64,000 nucleotides of DNA from the NCBI GenBank assembly GCA_963808235.1, contig CAWEEQ010000004.1, forward strand, positions 1,280,001 through 1,344,000. The letters are read 5' to 3'. Source of the DNA: an uncultured delta proteobacterium (GTDB taxonomy: Bacteria > Desulfobacterota > Binatia > Binatales > Binataceae). A program made the position numbers and the translations under genes. This document shows, in pieces, positions 38,021 through 47,202 of the stretch (its first letter is position 1; each line of letters begins with the position of its first letter). A model generated the notes under the pieces. The model was not told where the DNA came from. It worked only from the letters and a program-made list of their open reading frames with translations, and did no database searches.

Positions 38021-39817
38021 GTGATGGCGAAAACTGAACAATATTCTCCTCTCCCACCGTGGCAGCGCACCGATCTTTGCGGCGCGATTCGCGCCGTCGA
38101 CGTTGGCCGCGAGGTCGCGCTGTGGGGATGGGTGCAGACGCGGCGCGACCATGGCGGACTTATATTTATCGATCTGCGCGACCGCGCGGGAATCGTGCAG
38201 CTCGTCATGAACCCCACCCATAGTCCGGGAGCGCATCAGGCGGCCGAAGAAGTTCGCGCCGAGTTTTATATCGCGGCGAAGGGCAAAGTCGTGCGCCGTA
38301 GCGAGGGAACCGTCAACGCGGAACTTCCGACCGGCGAAGTCGAAGTGCTGGTCAGCGAGTTCGAGACGCTCAGCGGATCGGCGCCGGTGCCGTTTCAGAT
38401 TGCAGACGGCGACGCGACTGCTGAGGAAATCCGGCTGAAGTACCGCTACCTGGATCTGCGCCGCCCCGAGCTGCAAACGAATCTCCGCCGGCGGCATCAG
38501 GCCCTCCAGGCGGTCCGCGAGCATCTCGATCAGAACGGCTTTGTCGAAATCGAAACGCCGATACTTTTCAAATCCACGCCGGAAGGCGCACGCGACTACC
38601 TGGTTCCGAGCCGGGTGAACCCTGGAAAGTTCTACGCGCTCCCGCAATCACCGCAGCTCTTGAAACAGATCCTGATGATCGGCGGCTTCGACCGCTACTA
38701 CCAGATTGCACGATGCTTTCGCGACGAGGACTTGCGTGCGAATCGGCAGCCCGAGTTCAGCCAGATCGATATCGAGATGACCTGCCCGCGTCCTGAAGAT
38801 GTGCAGTCGATCGCGGAGGGCATGATCGCGTCGATCTATCGGCGCGTGTTCGATATCGACGTCAAACCGCCGTTCCCGAGAATGCAGTATTCGGATGCAA
38901 TGGAACGATTTGGCAACGACAAGCCCGACCTTCGCTTCGGACTCGAACTCAAAAATCTCACCACGACGTTTGCGGGAACTTCGTTCAAGGTGTTTGCGGA
39001 AATCCTGGCGCGCGGTGAAGCGATCTACGGAATCAACGTGACCGGCGATCATACGCTCAGCCGGCGCGAGCTCGACGAACTGACCGAATCGGTGAAAGCG
39101 CGCTATTCGATGGGTCTCGCGTGGGTAAAGATCGGCGACGCCGGATGGCAGGGCCCGATCGCGAAGTATCTGAGCGACAGCGAGCGGAGTGCCGCCGCGA
39201 CGATCGCGAATCTCAAGCGAACAGACACGCTCTTGATGGTCGGCGGGCCACCGGACCAGGTGCGTCCCGTGCTGAGCGAGATCCGCCTGCAACTCGGCGC
39301 GAAGTTCGGTCTCGACAAATCCGAAGAGCTTAAATTTTTGTGGATTGTGGATTTTCCCCTGTTCGACTACAGCGCCGACGAAAAGCGGATGGTCGCGGTG
39401 AACCATCCCTTCACCGCACCGCATCCGGACGATCTCGCGATGCTCGAATCTGCGCCGCTCAAATCTCGCGCGCTCGCATACGACATGGTGCTCAACGGCC
39501 AGGAACTCGGCGGCGGCTCGATTCGTATCCATAGCCGGGAGCTTCAATTGAAGGTATTTGAGTTGTTGGGCCTTTCACGCGAGGAGGCGATGGATCGTTT
39601 CGGCTTTTTGCTCGATGCGCTCAAATACGGCGCGCCGCCGCACGGCGGAATCGCATTCGGGGTCGATCGGATTTGTATGATGTTGTGCGGAACGGACTCG
39701 CTGCGCGACGTGATCGCGTTCCCAAAAACGCAGAAGGCGGTCGATCCGATGAGCGGCGCGCCGTCGGAAGTGGATCCGCGTCAACTGAAGGAATTGTCGA
39801 TCAAGGTGACGTCATGA
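38021..39817 (+). CDS. aspS: Aspartate--tRNA ligase, probably non-discriminating (RRDHGG His)
   Basis: RLKYRYLDLR, TPEGARDY, LPQSPQ, CFRDED, GAPPHGG. Confidence 0.97.
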   Translation: MMAKTEQYSPLPPWQRTDLCGAIRAVDVGREVALWGWVQTRRDHGGLIFIDLRDRAGIVQLVMNPTHSPGAHQAAEEVRAEFYIAAKGKVVRRSEGTVNAELPTGEVEVLVSEFETLSGSAPVPFQIADGDATAEEIRLKYRYLDLRRPELQTNLRRRHQALQAVREHLDQNGFVEIETPILFKSTPEGARDYLVPSRVNPGKFYALPQSPQLLKQILMIGGFDRYYQIARCFRDEDLRANRQPEFSQIDIEMTCPRPEDVQSIAEGMIASIYRRVFDIDVKPPFPRMQYSDAMERFGNDKPDLRFGLELKNLTTTFAGTSFKVFAEILARGEAIYGINVTGDHTLSRRELDELTESVKARYSMGLAWVKIGDAGWQGPIAKYLSDSERSAAATIANLKRTDTLLMVGGPPDQVRPVLSEIRLQLGAKFGLDKSEELKFLWIVDFPLFDYSADEKRMVAVNHPFTAPHPDDLAMLESAPLKSRALAYDMVLNGQELGGGSIRIHSRELQLKVFELLGLSREEAMDRFGFLLDALKYGAPPHGGIAFGVDRICMMLCGTDSLRDVIAFPKTQKAVDPMSGAPSEVDPRQLKELSIKVTS

Positions 39818-40608
39818 AAGCCGTGTGGGCGAACCGATTGCCGGCTCTGCTCGGAATCGCGCTCGGAGTCTCAATCGGAATCTCGGGATGCACCACGATT
39901 GCGGCGGATGCGGTCACCTCGACCGGAGAGTCGGTGTCGGACGCGATCAACAGCCGCAACGTCAAAGCGCACGCGGTGCGTTCAATCAAAACGATCACGA
40001 TCAATCGCGTCGCCGTGATGCCGCTGGTTGAAGCGCCGGCCGGCAGCGATGCGCTTGCGCCGGGCGCCGCCGAAGCGGTCACGGCCGAACTCTACAGCCA
40101 GGTGGCGCTGGCCGGCGGATGGGAAGTGATTCCCCAGCTCGATGTTGACGCCGCGCTGCAGAAAATGCCGCCGACGACGATCGCAGACATGGATGAGAAC
40201 GCACTCAAGCTTGCCCATGACGTTTCCGCAGACGGCGTAATCTACGGCACCGTCGAACGCTACAAGGAGCGGGTCGGGATGGACTACTCGGCTGCGAGCC
40301 CGGCTTCGGTCACCTTCAATCTTAAATTTGTCGATCTGAAAAGCCGGGAAATCGTCTGGACAGCCAAGTTCGCAAAGTCGCAAGCCGCGCTGTCGGAGAA
40401 CATTTTCGATCTCGCGAATTTCGTGCAACGTTCCGGAAGATGGGTGCGTGCCAACGAAATCGCGCTCGAGGGCGTGAAGGAAGCAGTCGCAAATCTGCAC
40501 GGCGATCTCGACCTGACCAAGAACGTCAAGCGATTCGAAACCGGCACCTACAGCCAGCAAAAGTCCGGACAGCAGCGCTATAATACCGGCTCGCAGGGAA
40601 TCTACTAG
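39814..40608 (+). CDS. Lipoprotein, GNA1162/CsgG/LpoB-like alpha/beta fold
   Basis: Lipobox ISGC, RVAVMPL, ADGVIYGTV, LVD-like motif (FVDLKSREIVW). Confidence 0.65.
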   Translation: MKAVWANRLPALLGIALGVSIGISGCTTIAADAVTSTGESVSDAINSRNVKAHAVRSIKTITINRVAVMPLVEAPAGSDALAPGAAEAVTAELYSQVALAGGWEVIPQLDVDAALQKMPPTTIADMDENALKLAHDVSADGVIYGTVERYKERVGMDYSAASPASVTFNLKFVDLKSREIVWTAKFAKSQAALSENIFDLANFVQRSGRWVRANEIALEGVKEAVANLHGDLDLTKNVKRFETGTYSQQKSGQQRYNTGSQGIY

Positions 40609-40624
40609 CAAGTCGCGCCGAGCG

Positions 40625-41731
40625 TTAATCCCACACTGAGTGCGGCTTCATCTTCAATGCCTGCGCGACCGCGGGATGCACCACGTGGCCGTCGTAAGTA
40701 TTGAGGCCGTGACGAATCGCTGAGTTCAGGCGGCCCGCCTCCAGGATGCCGCGATCGGCGATCTCGAGCGCATAGGTCAGGGTTGCGTTGGTGAGCGCGT
40801 AGGTCGAAGTATGCGGGACCATCGCGGGCATGTTGGTAACGCAGTAATGCACGACGCCGTTGCGGATGAAGGTCGGCCGCGCATGGTTCGTCGGCATCGA
40901 GGTCTCCGCGATTCCGCCCTGGTCGATCGACAGATCAACGATCGCCGCGCCCGGACGCATCCGCGCAACCATCCTGGCGCTCAGCAATCTGGGCGCGCGC
41001 GCACCGGGCACCAGCACTGCGCCGATCACCAGGTCGGAGTTGGTGACTTCCTCGTCCAGCGTCGCGCGATTCGACATCACGGTGGTGACGCGCCCGCCGA
41101 GCAGGTCGCTCAGGTAGCGCAGCCGAATCGGATTGATATCCATGATCGTGACTTCCGCGCCGACGCCCGCCGCGACCCGGCATGCATTGAGTCCCGCGAT
41201 TCCTCCGCCCAGCACGACGACCTTTCCGGGGCGCACTCCGGACGCGCCGCTAAGCAGCACTCCGCGTCCGCCGGAGCGCGCTTGCAGGCACCATGAGCCG
41301 GCCTGGATCGCGAGGCGTCCGGCAACTTCGCTCATCGGTGCGAGCAGCGGCAGGCTGGAATCTTCGAGCTGGATTGTTTCGTAGCCGACCGCGACGACGC
41401 GGCGGCGAATCAATTCGCGCGAGAGCCGCTTGTCGGCGGCCAGGTGCAGATACGTGAACAGGATCAGCCCGGGGCGCATCAGCGGATATTCCTGCGCCTG
41501 CGGCTCCTTCACCTTCAGGATCAGATCGGCGCGACGCCATACCTCGGACGCGGCGCTGACGATCGATGCACCCGCGGCGCGATAGTCAGCGTCGGCGAAT
41601 CCGCTTCCGACGCCCGCGCCGGCCTGGATCAGCACGCGATGGCCATGCATGCCGAGTGCGGCCGCGCCGGCCGGAGTGAGCGACACGCGCCGCTCATCGG
41701 ATTTAACTTCGGCCGGAATCCCGACAATCAT
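40625..41731 (-). CDS. ald: Alanine dehydrogenase
   Basis: GIPAEVKSDERRV, KVKEP, LFTYLHLAA, PLLAPMSEVAGR, IDQGG, HYCVTNMP. Confidence 0.95.
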   Translation of the reverse strand: MIVGIPAEVKSDERRVSLTPAGAAALGMHGHRVLIQAGAGVGSGFADADYRAAGASIVSAASEVWRRADLILKVKEPQAQEYPLMRPGLILFTYLHLAADKRLSRELIRRRVVAVGYETIQLEDSSLPLLAPMSEVAGRLAIQAGSWCLQARSGGRGVLLSGASGVRPGKVVVLGGGIAGLNACRVAAGVGAEVTIMDINPIRLRYLSDLLGGRVTTVMSNRATLDEEVTNSDLVIGAVLVPGARAPRLLSARMVARMRPGAAIVDLSIDQGGIAETSMPTNHARPTFIRNGVVHYCVTNMPAMVPHTSTYALTNATLTYALEIADRGILEAGRLNSAIRHGLNTYDGHVVHPAVAQALKMKPHSVWD

Positions 41732-41981
41732 TCTGATAGGTCCTCCACGGCGCCGCGATCGCTAAGCGCGGCACTAATGTCATCGGCGGCGAAGGTCAAG
41801 AGTCGTGAGCATGAATGGCGGCCTTGAGCGCGCGATTCGGAACTTGACAAGAGTAAGTCCGCCGCGCTTCATGATCTGAGATGTGATCGTGCGTGGGCGG
41901 TCGCCAGTGAGAAAGTGAAAGAGGGAAAGACTGAAAAAACCGGACGCGCGAGACGCGACTCTCACGATTTGCGGAGGAGTC

Positions 41982-42371
41982 ATGGAGATCCCGCAGGGAC
42001 TCAAATATTCGAAAGAGCATGAATGGGTTGCGACCGAGGACACGGTGGCGACCGTTGGATTGACCGATCACGCGCAGGACCAGTTGGGCGAGATCGTGTA
42101 CATCGAGTTGCCGGCGGTAGGCGACAAGGTCAGCAAGGATGATCCGTTCGGCGTCGTCGAGTCGGTGAAGGCGGTATCCGACATCTACGCGCCGGTCACC
42201 GGCACCGTTATCGAGGTCAACGAGGATTTGCCTGAAAGTCCCGAGACCGTGAACGAAGATCCGTACGGCGACGGGTGGCTGATCAAGGTGAAGATCGCGG
42301 ACATGAGCGATCTCGAGGACCTGATGGACAGCGACGAATACACCGAGATGCTCGCGCGCGAGAAGGAATAG
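41982..42371 (+). CDS. gcvH: Glycine cleavage H protein
   Basis: YSKEHEW, VESVKAVSDIYAP lipoyl motif, NEDPYGDGW. Confidence 0.96.
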   Translation: MEIPQGLKYSKEHEWVATEDTVATVGLTDHAQDQLGEIVYIELPAVGDKVSKDDPFGVVESVKAVSDIYAPVTGTVIEVNEDLPESPETVNEDPYGDGWLIKVKIADMSDLEDLMDSDEYTEMLAREKE

Positions 42372-42392
42372 TCGATCCGAAAAAAATCCTGG

Positions 42393-43757
42393 CTAGCTGC
42401 GTCGCGCCGCCGCGCCGGCACCCGGCTCGGGATTGTCGGCGGCGATCGCTTTCGACACGGAAAGCCGCACCGCGCCCGCGTGCGCAGGCGGATTCATGAA
42501 GACCATCAGGAAGGGAGCGGCGCCCGATGGCTCGATCGCGAACGATTTCTGCGGGCTCAAGCCTTGCGAAAATTCTATTTCGCGCGGCGTCATCTCGCCG
42601 AGCATCTTTGCCGACAACTCGTTGCCACAATAGACGCCCAGCCGCGACAGCGGCCGCGTTCCGCCACCGAGCAGTTCGGCGTCGATCTGAACGAGATGAA
42701 GCGCGCTCGCGCCGACGTTCTGCGCGGTGCCGGTGATCACGATCGCCACCTGCCCGCCCTTCAGAGTGCGATATTCCGTGTGAACGTCATGCAGCGCCAC
42801 CAGCATCGCGGGCACGATCGGCCGCGCGAAGTAGGGGCCTATCTGCGGGGCCTCGCTGAGCAAGCGGGCGCTTGCGACCGGCTCGCCGCAGATCAGGCTG
42901 CTCGCCGCGACGAAACCAATCGCGACCAGGAAAAACATAGCGACGAAGTATCCGGACGCATACGTCTTGCCGGGCATCGGAAGGTCGTCGGCCTCGTCGG
43001 CGAGATGACCGAGTTCGTATCCGGCGGACGTTGCCGGCTGCGGAGCTTGGGCGCGCGGGCGGCCAGCCTTGAGCGCCGCGGCAACGCGATGCGGCGACGC
43101 CGGCGCGGGACGAGCGGAGGGCTCGGCAGCCGCGACCGTAGTCGGCGCATGCATAATCGGCGCGCGTCGATCGGGCTCGGTGTCGAATTCAGCGGCGTCT
43201 CCAACCTCCCATCGATCGTCGTCGCCTTCGGGCGCGGCAATCTCATCCTCGTGCTCGGTGTCGGTGATCTCGCGGCTTTCATCGCTGAAATCGAACTTGA
43301 AATTCTCTCCAGTGCCGGCTCTCTGCTCGCGATCGCCGAACGTGCGATTGAGCGGATGATCGGATTCCAGTTCGCGCTCGTGGATATTTTCGGACGCGAT
43401 CGGCTCGGTACGCTCGATCTCCTGTTTCCCGGATTCAAAGTGCCTCGCGTCGACGGGATTCTCCGGCGCAGCCTCGGGTTCCGGCTGCGCGGCTCGCGCG
43501 GGCGCGATTGCCTCGCGCTTCACGCCGCTGGGCTCGACGGACGGTCGCGGCACGCTCGCACGCAAACGCGCGGGCCGAATCGTCTGCGCCGGCTGCGACT
43601 CAGTTTCGGTAACGGCGGGGCGCGTTTTCGCGGGAAGAGGATCCGCGTTGAACACGTGGCCGCACCGCGAACACTTGAAGGTCGGCGTGTCGTCGGGCAG
43701 CACCCGCTCGTCAATCCGATAGCGGGTATGGCAACTAGTACATTGAATTTCGATCAT
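42393..43757 (-). CDS. MJ0042-type zinc-ribbon + acidic linker + TM + DUF3426-like protein
   Basis: CTSCHTRY...KCSRCGHVF, single TM, ITGTAQN, YCGNEL. Confidence 0.8.
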   Translation of the reverse strand: MIEIQCTSCHTRYRIDERVLPDDTPTFKCSRCGHVFNADPLPAKTRPAVTETESQPAQTIRPARLRASVPRPSVEPSGVKREAIAPARAAQPEPEAAPENPVDARHFESGKQEIERTEPIASENIHERELESDHPLNRTFGDREQRAGTGENFKFDFSDESREITDTEHEDEIAAPEGDDDRWEVGDAAEFDTEPDRRAPIMHAPTTVAAAEPSARPAPASPHRVAAALKAGRPRAQAPQPATSAGYELGHLADEADDLPMPGKTYASGYFVAMFFLVAIGFVAASSLICGEPVASARLLSEAPQIGPYFARPIVPAMLVALHDVHTEYRTLKGGQVAIVITGTAQNVGASALHLVQIDAELLGGGTRPLSRLGVYCGNELSAKMLGEMTPREIEFSQGLSPQKSFAIEPSGAAPFLMVFMNPPAHAGAVRLSVSKAIAADNPEPGAGAAARRS

Positions 43758-43816
43758 CGCCCCTCACCCCAGCCCGTCAAAAAAAATATCACACCAGGCG
43801 TGAGCACGCATCCACC

Positions 43817-44941
43817 ATGCGAATAGCCCTGCTGACCCGGCGATTCGACAGCGGCGGCGGCGGCACCGAGCGCGATTTGATCGTGACGGCGGAATGCCTG
43901 CGCGCGGCCGGCCATCAGATCACGATATTCGCCGACGAGGTCCGCGGAATCGATGGCGACTGGAAGATCGTGCGCGTCGGAGGTGCTCCAATCGGACGCG
44001 CTCTGTCGCTGCTGCGATTCGCATACGGTGCTGCGCCGGCCGCGCGCCGGGCCGGAAACGACCTGGTGCTTAGTTTCGCGCGATGCGTCGGGGCGGACAT
44101 TATGCGCTCCGGCGGCGGGGCGCATGTGAGCTATCTTCGCGCGGCGCGAAAATGGCGCGGCGCTCTGGGCGCATATTCGATGCGTCTCAGCCCGTACCAT
44201 CAGGTGCAGATGCTCATAGAGCGCCAGGGCTTTCGCCACCGCGGGCTCAAGCGCACGGTCGCGGTGTCAAAGCTGGTGCGTGACGATTTGATTCGGGAGT
44301 TTGGCCTCGCACCCGACAAAACGATCACGATTTATAACGGTGTCGATCTCCAGAAATTCCGGCCGGCCGAGAGCGGCCGATCCGAACGCGCGGCGATTCG
44401 CCAAAAGTTCGTGATCCCGTCGAGCGCTCGAGTGGTGATTTTCGTGGGCAACGGATTCGCACGAAAAGGGCTCGGCTTTCTGATTGAAGCATGGCCGCTG
44501 GTCGCCGGCGGAGCGTTTTTGCTCGTGGTCGGCGCAGACCGTGCGACCGCGAAATTCGCGCGTCGCGCGCGCGAGCTCAACGTTGGCGCGCGCGTGGTAT
44601 TCGCGGGTCCGCAGCCGAACGTCGAGTCGTTGTTTCATGCGGCGGACGCGTTCGCATTGCCTTCGCTTTTCGAGCCGTTCGGCAATGTCGCGATAGAAGC
44701 GATGGCGAGCGGGTTGCCAGTGATGACCAGCGCATTTTCGGGCGTCGCTGAGTTGATACCGCCGTCGATGCGCGGGTTTCGAGTCGAGAACCCCACCGAC
44801 CCTGGCGAGATTGCGCTTCGCCTGGGCGCCATGCTCGATGCGCCGGCAAACATTGGAGCGCAGGCGCGCGCGGTGGCGGAAAAGTTTACCTGGGAGCGTT
44901 ATGCGACCGAGTTGAACGCGCTCGTCGAGTCGTTGAAGTGA
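43817..44941 (+). CDS. GT4 glycosyltransferase (WaaG/RfaG-like)
   Basis: GGGTER, IYNGVD, FVGNGFARKG, LPSLFEPFGNVAIEAMASG. Confidence 0.9.
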   Translation: MRIALLTRRFDSGGGGTERDLIVTAECLRAAGHQITIFADEVRGIDGDWKIVRVGGAPIGRALSLLRFAYGAAPAARRAGNDLVLSFARCVGADIMRSGGGAHVSYLRAARKWRGALGAYSMRLSPYHQVQMLIERQGFRHRGLKRTVAVSKLVRDDLIREFGLAPDKTITIYNGVDLQKFRPAESGRSERAAIRQKFVIPSSARVVIFVGNGFARKGLGFLIEAWPLVAGGAFLLVVGADRATAKFARRARELNVGARVVFAGPQPNVESLFHAADAFALPSLFEPFGNVAIEAMASGLPVMTSAFSGVAELIPPSMRGFRVENPTDPGEIALRLGAMLDAPANIGAQARAVAEKFTWERYATELNALVESLK

Positions 44942-44953
44942 AACTTCAGCTGC

Positions 44954-45805
44954 TCAGTGATGTCCGCCCAGGCCGTCGAACATGCCGCGCGCAATCGCGA
45001 GCCTGCGCTCCTCGCGCGCGATTCGCGGCAGTCCCGCGCCGATCAGTTGCGCGAAGCGCAGCCGCGTCAATGCGATCGCATTTTTGGTGATCACTTCCAT
45101 CGCGGAATGCTTTTCATGGATCATGCGGCAGCGACCGCGCTCACGCGCGATCCGGATGAAGCGCTCGCGGTCGGCACGCGATCGATCGACTTCGTGATAG
45201 ACGAGCGCTTTGGGTGCGTAGCCGATCCGAAAGCCCGCGCGTCTTAGCCGCGCCGACATTTCGGTCTCCTCCTCATGTCCGCCCGCACCCGGCCCGAGTC
45301 GCTCGTCGAATGGCCCGACCTGTCTCAGAGCCGTCGCGCGGAATGCCATGTTCGCGCCGAGCACGCCGCGGACTTCGACTACGTGATCGCCGTCGTCGGC
45401 AATCGGCAGGTCGAGATAGACGGCCATCGGGCCGACTTTCTTATCGGGATCTTCGGCCGGGAGGATTCTTCCCTTCATGGCCGCAAACTCGGGATGGGTA
45501 TCGAAGAACGATTCGACCGCGTCGAGATACCTAGCCGCCACGGTCAGATCGTCGTCAAGAAAGACCAGAATCTCACCGGTCGCCTCCGCGATCGCGCGAT
45601 TCTGGATGTGGCATTTTCCGGGCCGCGGTTCGTGCAGGTGCTTTAGCGTAACGCCTTCGGTCGCCAATCGCGTCGGCGCAGGCGTTCCATTTTCCGCCAC
45701 GATGACTTCGCGCGTTCCGGACGCGAGTTCCGGCGCGAGACTGGCGATCAGCCTCGCGAGCGACGCGGGCCGCGCGTGAGTTGCGATTATGATCGAGGTC
45801 TTCAA
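44954..45805 (-). CDS. GT2 glycosyltransferase
   Basis: SIIIATH, VFLDDD, GANMAFR, GPFDERLG. Confidence 0.9.
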   Translation of the reverse strand: MKTSIIIATHARPASLARLIASLAPELASGTREVIVAENGTPAPTRLATEGVTLKHLHEPRPGKCHIQNRAIAEATGEILVFLDDDLTVAARYLDAVESFFDTHPEFAAMKGRILPAEDPDKKVGPMAVYLDLPIADDGDHVVEVRGVLGANMAFRATALRQVGPFDERLGPGAGGHEEETEMSARLRRAGFRIGYAPKALVYHEVDRSRADRERFIRIARERGRCRMIHEKHSAMEVITKNAIALTRLRFAQLIGAGLPRIAREERRLAIARGMFDGLGGHH

Positions 45806-45808
45806 CTC

Positions 45809-46513
45809 TTATGCGACTGTTTCCACTTTACGGAATCGCATCACGATATTCTCGTCCATCAGCAGGCTCGCGCTGGTCATGAATCGTAGCAGGTCGCGAT
45901 TTATCTGGCGTTGCGCCGGATCCTTGACGCGACCGTAGAGCATCCAGGAAAAGCCCACGATGAACGGGTAAAGAATCGGCGCGAAAATGATCGAGCGCAG
46001 CTTGCGCTTGCTCCGCCCGAGCGCTTCCATCCGAAGTCCGGCGCCCCACGCGATCCAGTGCAGGTCGTTGAGGCCCATCACGTGCCAGTTGCGTCCGTCC
46101 GCGACGCGGTAGCGATATGACAATGGCGCGCGGCGGCCCTTGTAGTAACCGCTCAGCAGGTAGTGGATTCGCGAGTTCACGTTCAGGCGATTGGGCGTGG
46201 TGACGATCGCGACTGCACCGGGACGCATCACGCGCGCGATCTCGCCAAGTGCGTGCGGGATATCGGCAAGATGCTCGATCACCTCGAGCAGCGTCACCAA
46301 GTCGAAGCATCCGGTCTGAAAGGGCAGGTCGCTGTTGAGATTGACCGCAACCCAGCCGGGATTGCGCGTACGATACTCGGTCGAGACGACGCGCCACCCG
46401 CGCTCGGCGAGCATGCGGCTGGAGAGGCCGTCGCCGGCGCTCAAATCGAGCGCGCGTGCTGAAGGTCCCGGGGCCGGTGCAAGCGCGATCGCGCCGCGAA
46501 CCCGTTCACTCAT
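45809..46513 (-). CDS. Class I SAM-dependent methyltransferase
   Basis: LDLSAGDG, FDLVTLLEVIEH, RVMRPG, TTPN. Confidence 0.87.
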   Translation of the reverse strand: MSERVRGAIALAPAPGPSARALDLSAGDGLSSRMLAERGWRVVSTEYRTRNPGWVAVNLNSDLPFQTGCFDLVTLLEVIEHLADIPHALGEIARVMRPGAVAIVTTPNRLNVNSRIHYLLSGYYKGRRAPLSYRYRVADGRNWHVMGLNDLHWIAWGAGLRMEALGRSKRKLRSIIFAPILYPFIVGFSWMLYGRVKDPAQRQINRDLLRFMTSASLLMDENIVMRFRKVETVA

Positions 46514-46625
46514 CGCAACGGCAAATGGTGTTTCACTTTATCACTGACGCCTCGCGCTCAAGACCGCGGCGCAAAGTCTTGAATCGGAATGTCGCGACGG
46601 TTAAACCGTATACTCTTGCCCGCTC

Positions 46626-46711
46626 GCGAGAGTGGCGGAACGGCAGACGCGCAAGGCTCAGGACCTTGTGAGCGCAAGCTCGTGGGGGTTCAAGTCCCCC
46701 CTCTCGCACCA
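46626..46711 (+). tRNA. tRNA-Leu (CAG)
   Basis: Acceptor GCGAGAG/CTCTCGC+ACCA, anticodon arm CAAGG-CTCAGGA-CCTTG, long variable arm, GTTCAAGT T-loop. Confidence 0.97.
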
Positions 46712-46739
46712 ATTCCCTTCGGACGGGAGTCAGCGCGTG

Positions 46740-46997
46740 CTAGTAGGGCGCGGGAGTTACTTCGCCGGATGACTTGTTGCCACTGGTCTCGGCGCCGTGG
46801 CATTTCGCGACATCCGCCTCGCTGCCGCCGACCGCCGATGCGATCTCAGCGTCGGTGCGTCCCGATTCCGCCTGCAGCTTCACGACGTTGCAATCGACGT
46901 GGTCGCTGGAAATCGAGCTGCACCCGGAAAGCCCGCCGCCGATTATCATAGTTCCAATTGCCGCTGCGATACCCAGTTTGCGAAGCGCATCAACCAT
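46740..46997 (-). CDS. Small lipoprotein of unknown function
   Basis: GGAGG SD, lipobox LSGC, two further Cys. Confidence 0.7.
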   Translation of the reverse strand: MVDALRKLGIAAAIGTMIIGGGLSGCSSISSDHVDCNVVKLQAESGRTDAEIASAVGGSEADVAKCHGAETSGNKSSGEVTPAPY

Positions 46998-47202
46998 GAA
47001 ACTGTCCCTCCGAAGTCAAAATCCGCCCATCCCCAAATGGCCGGGCATCGGAAAGATATTATTAAGCCACCTGACTTTACAAGCTTGACTCTTTTACTGA
47101 TCAGAGAGTACGAGTCGCGCTTTCGCTGGCTTGAGAGGCGCCCGCGCGGACAATATGATTTGGGATTCGAAGGGCGCGCGTAGCGCCCTTTCCCGACTCA
47201 GG

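Noticed and set aside
41850-41981. Glycine riboswitch upstream of gcvH
   Set aside because: Purine-rich, but lacks the recognisable GGAGA...CCGAAG...CTCTCAGG aptamer core.
46626-47100. Genomic island integrated at tRNA-Leu
   Set aside because: No integrase and no duplicated tRNA 3' end in the window; core genes resume within 500 bp.
47000-47202. T-box leader upstream of valS
   Set aside because: No T-box consensus (GGTGGNACCGCG) or terminator/antiterminator pair was seen.
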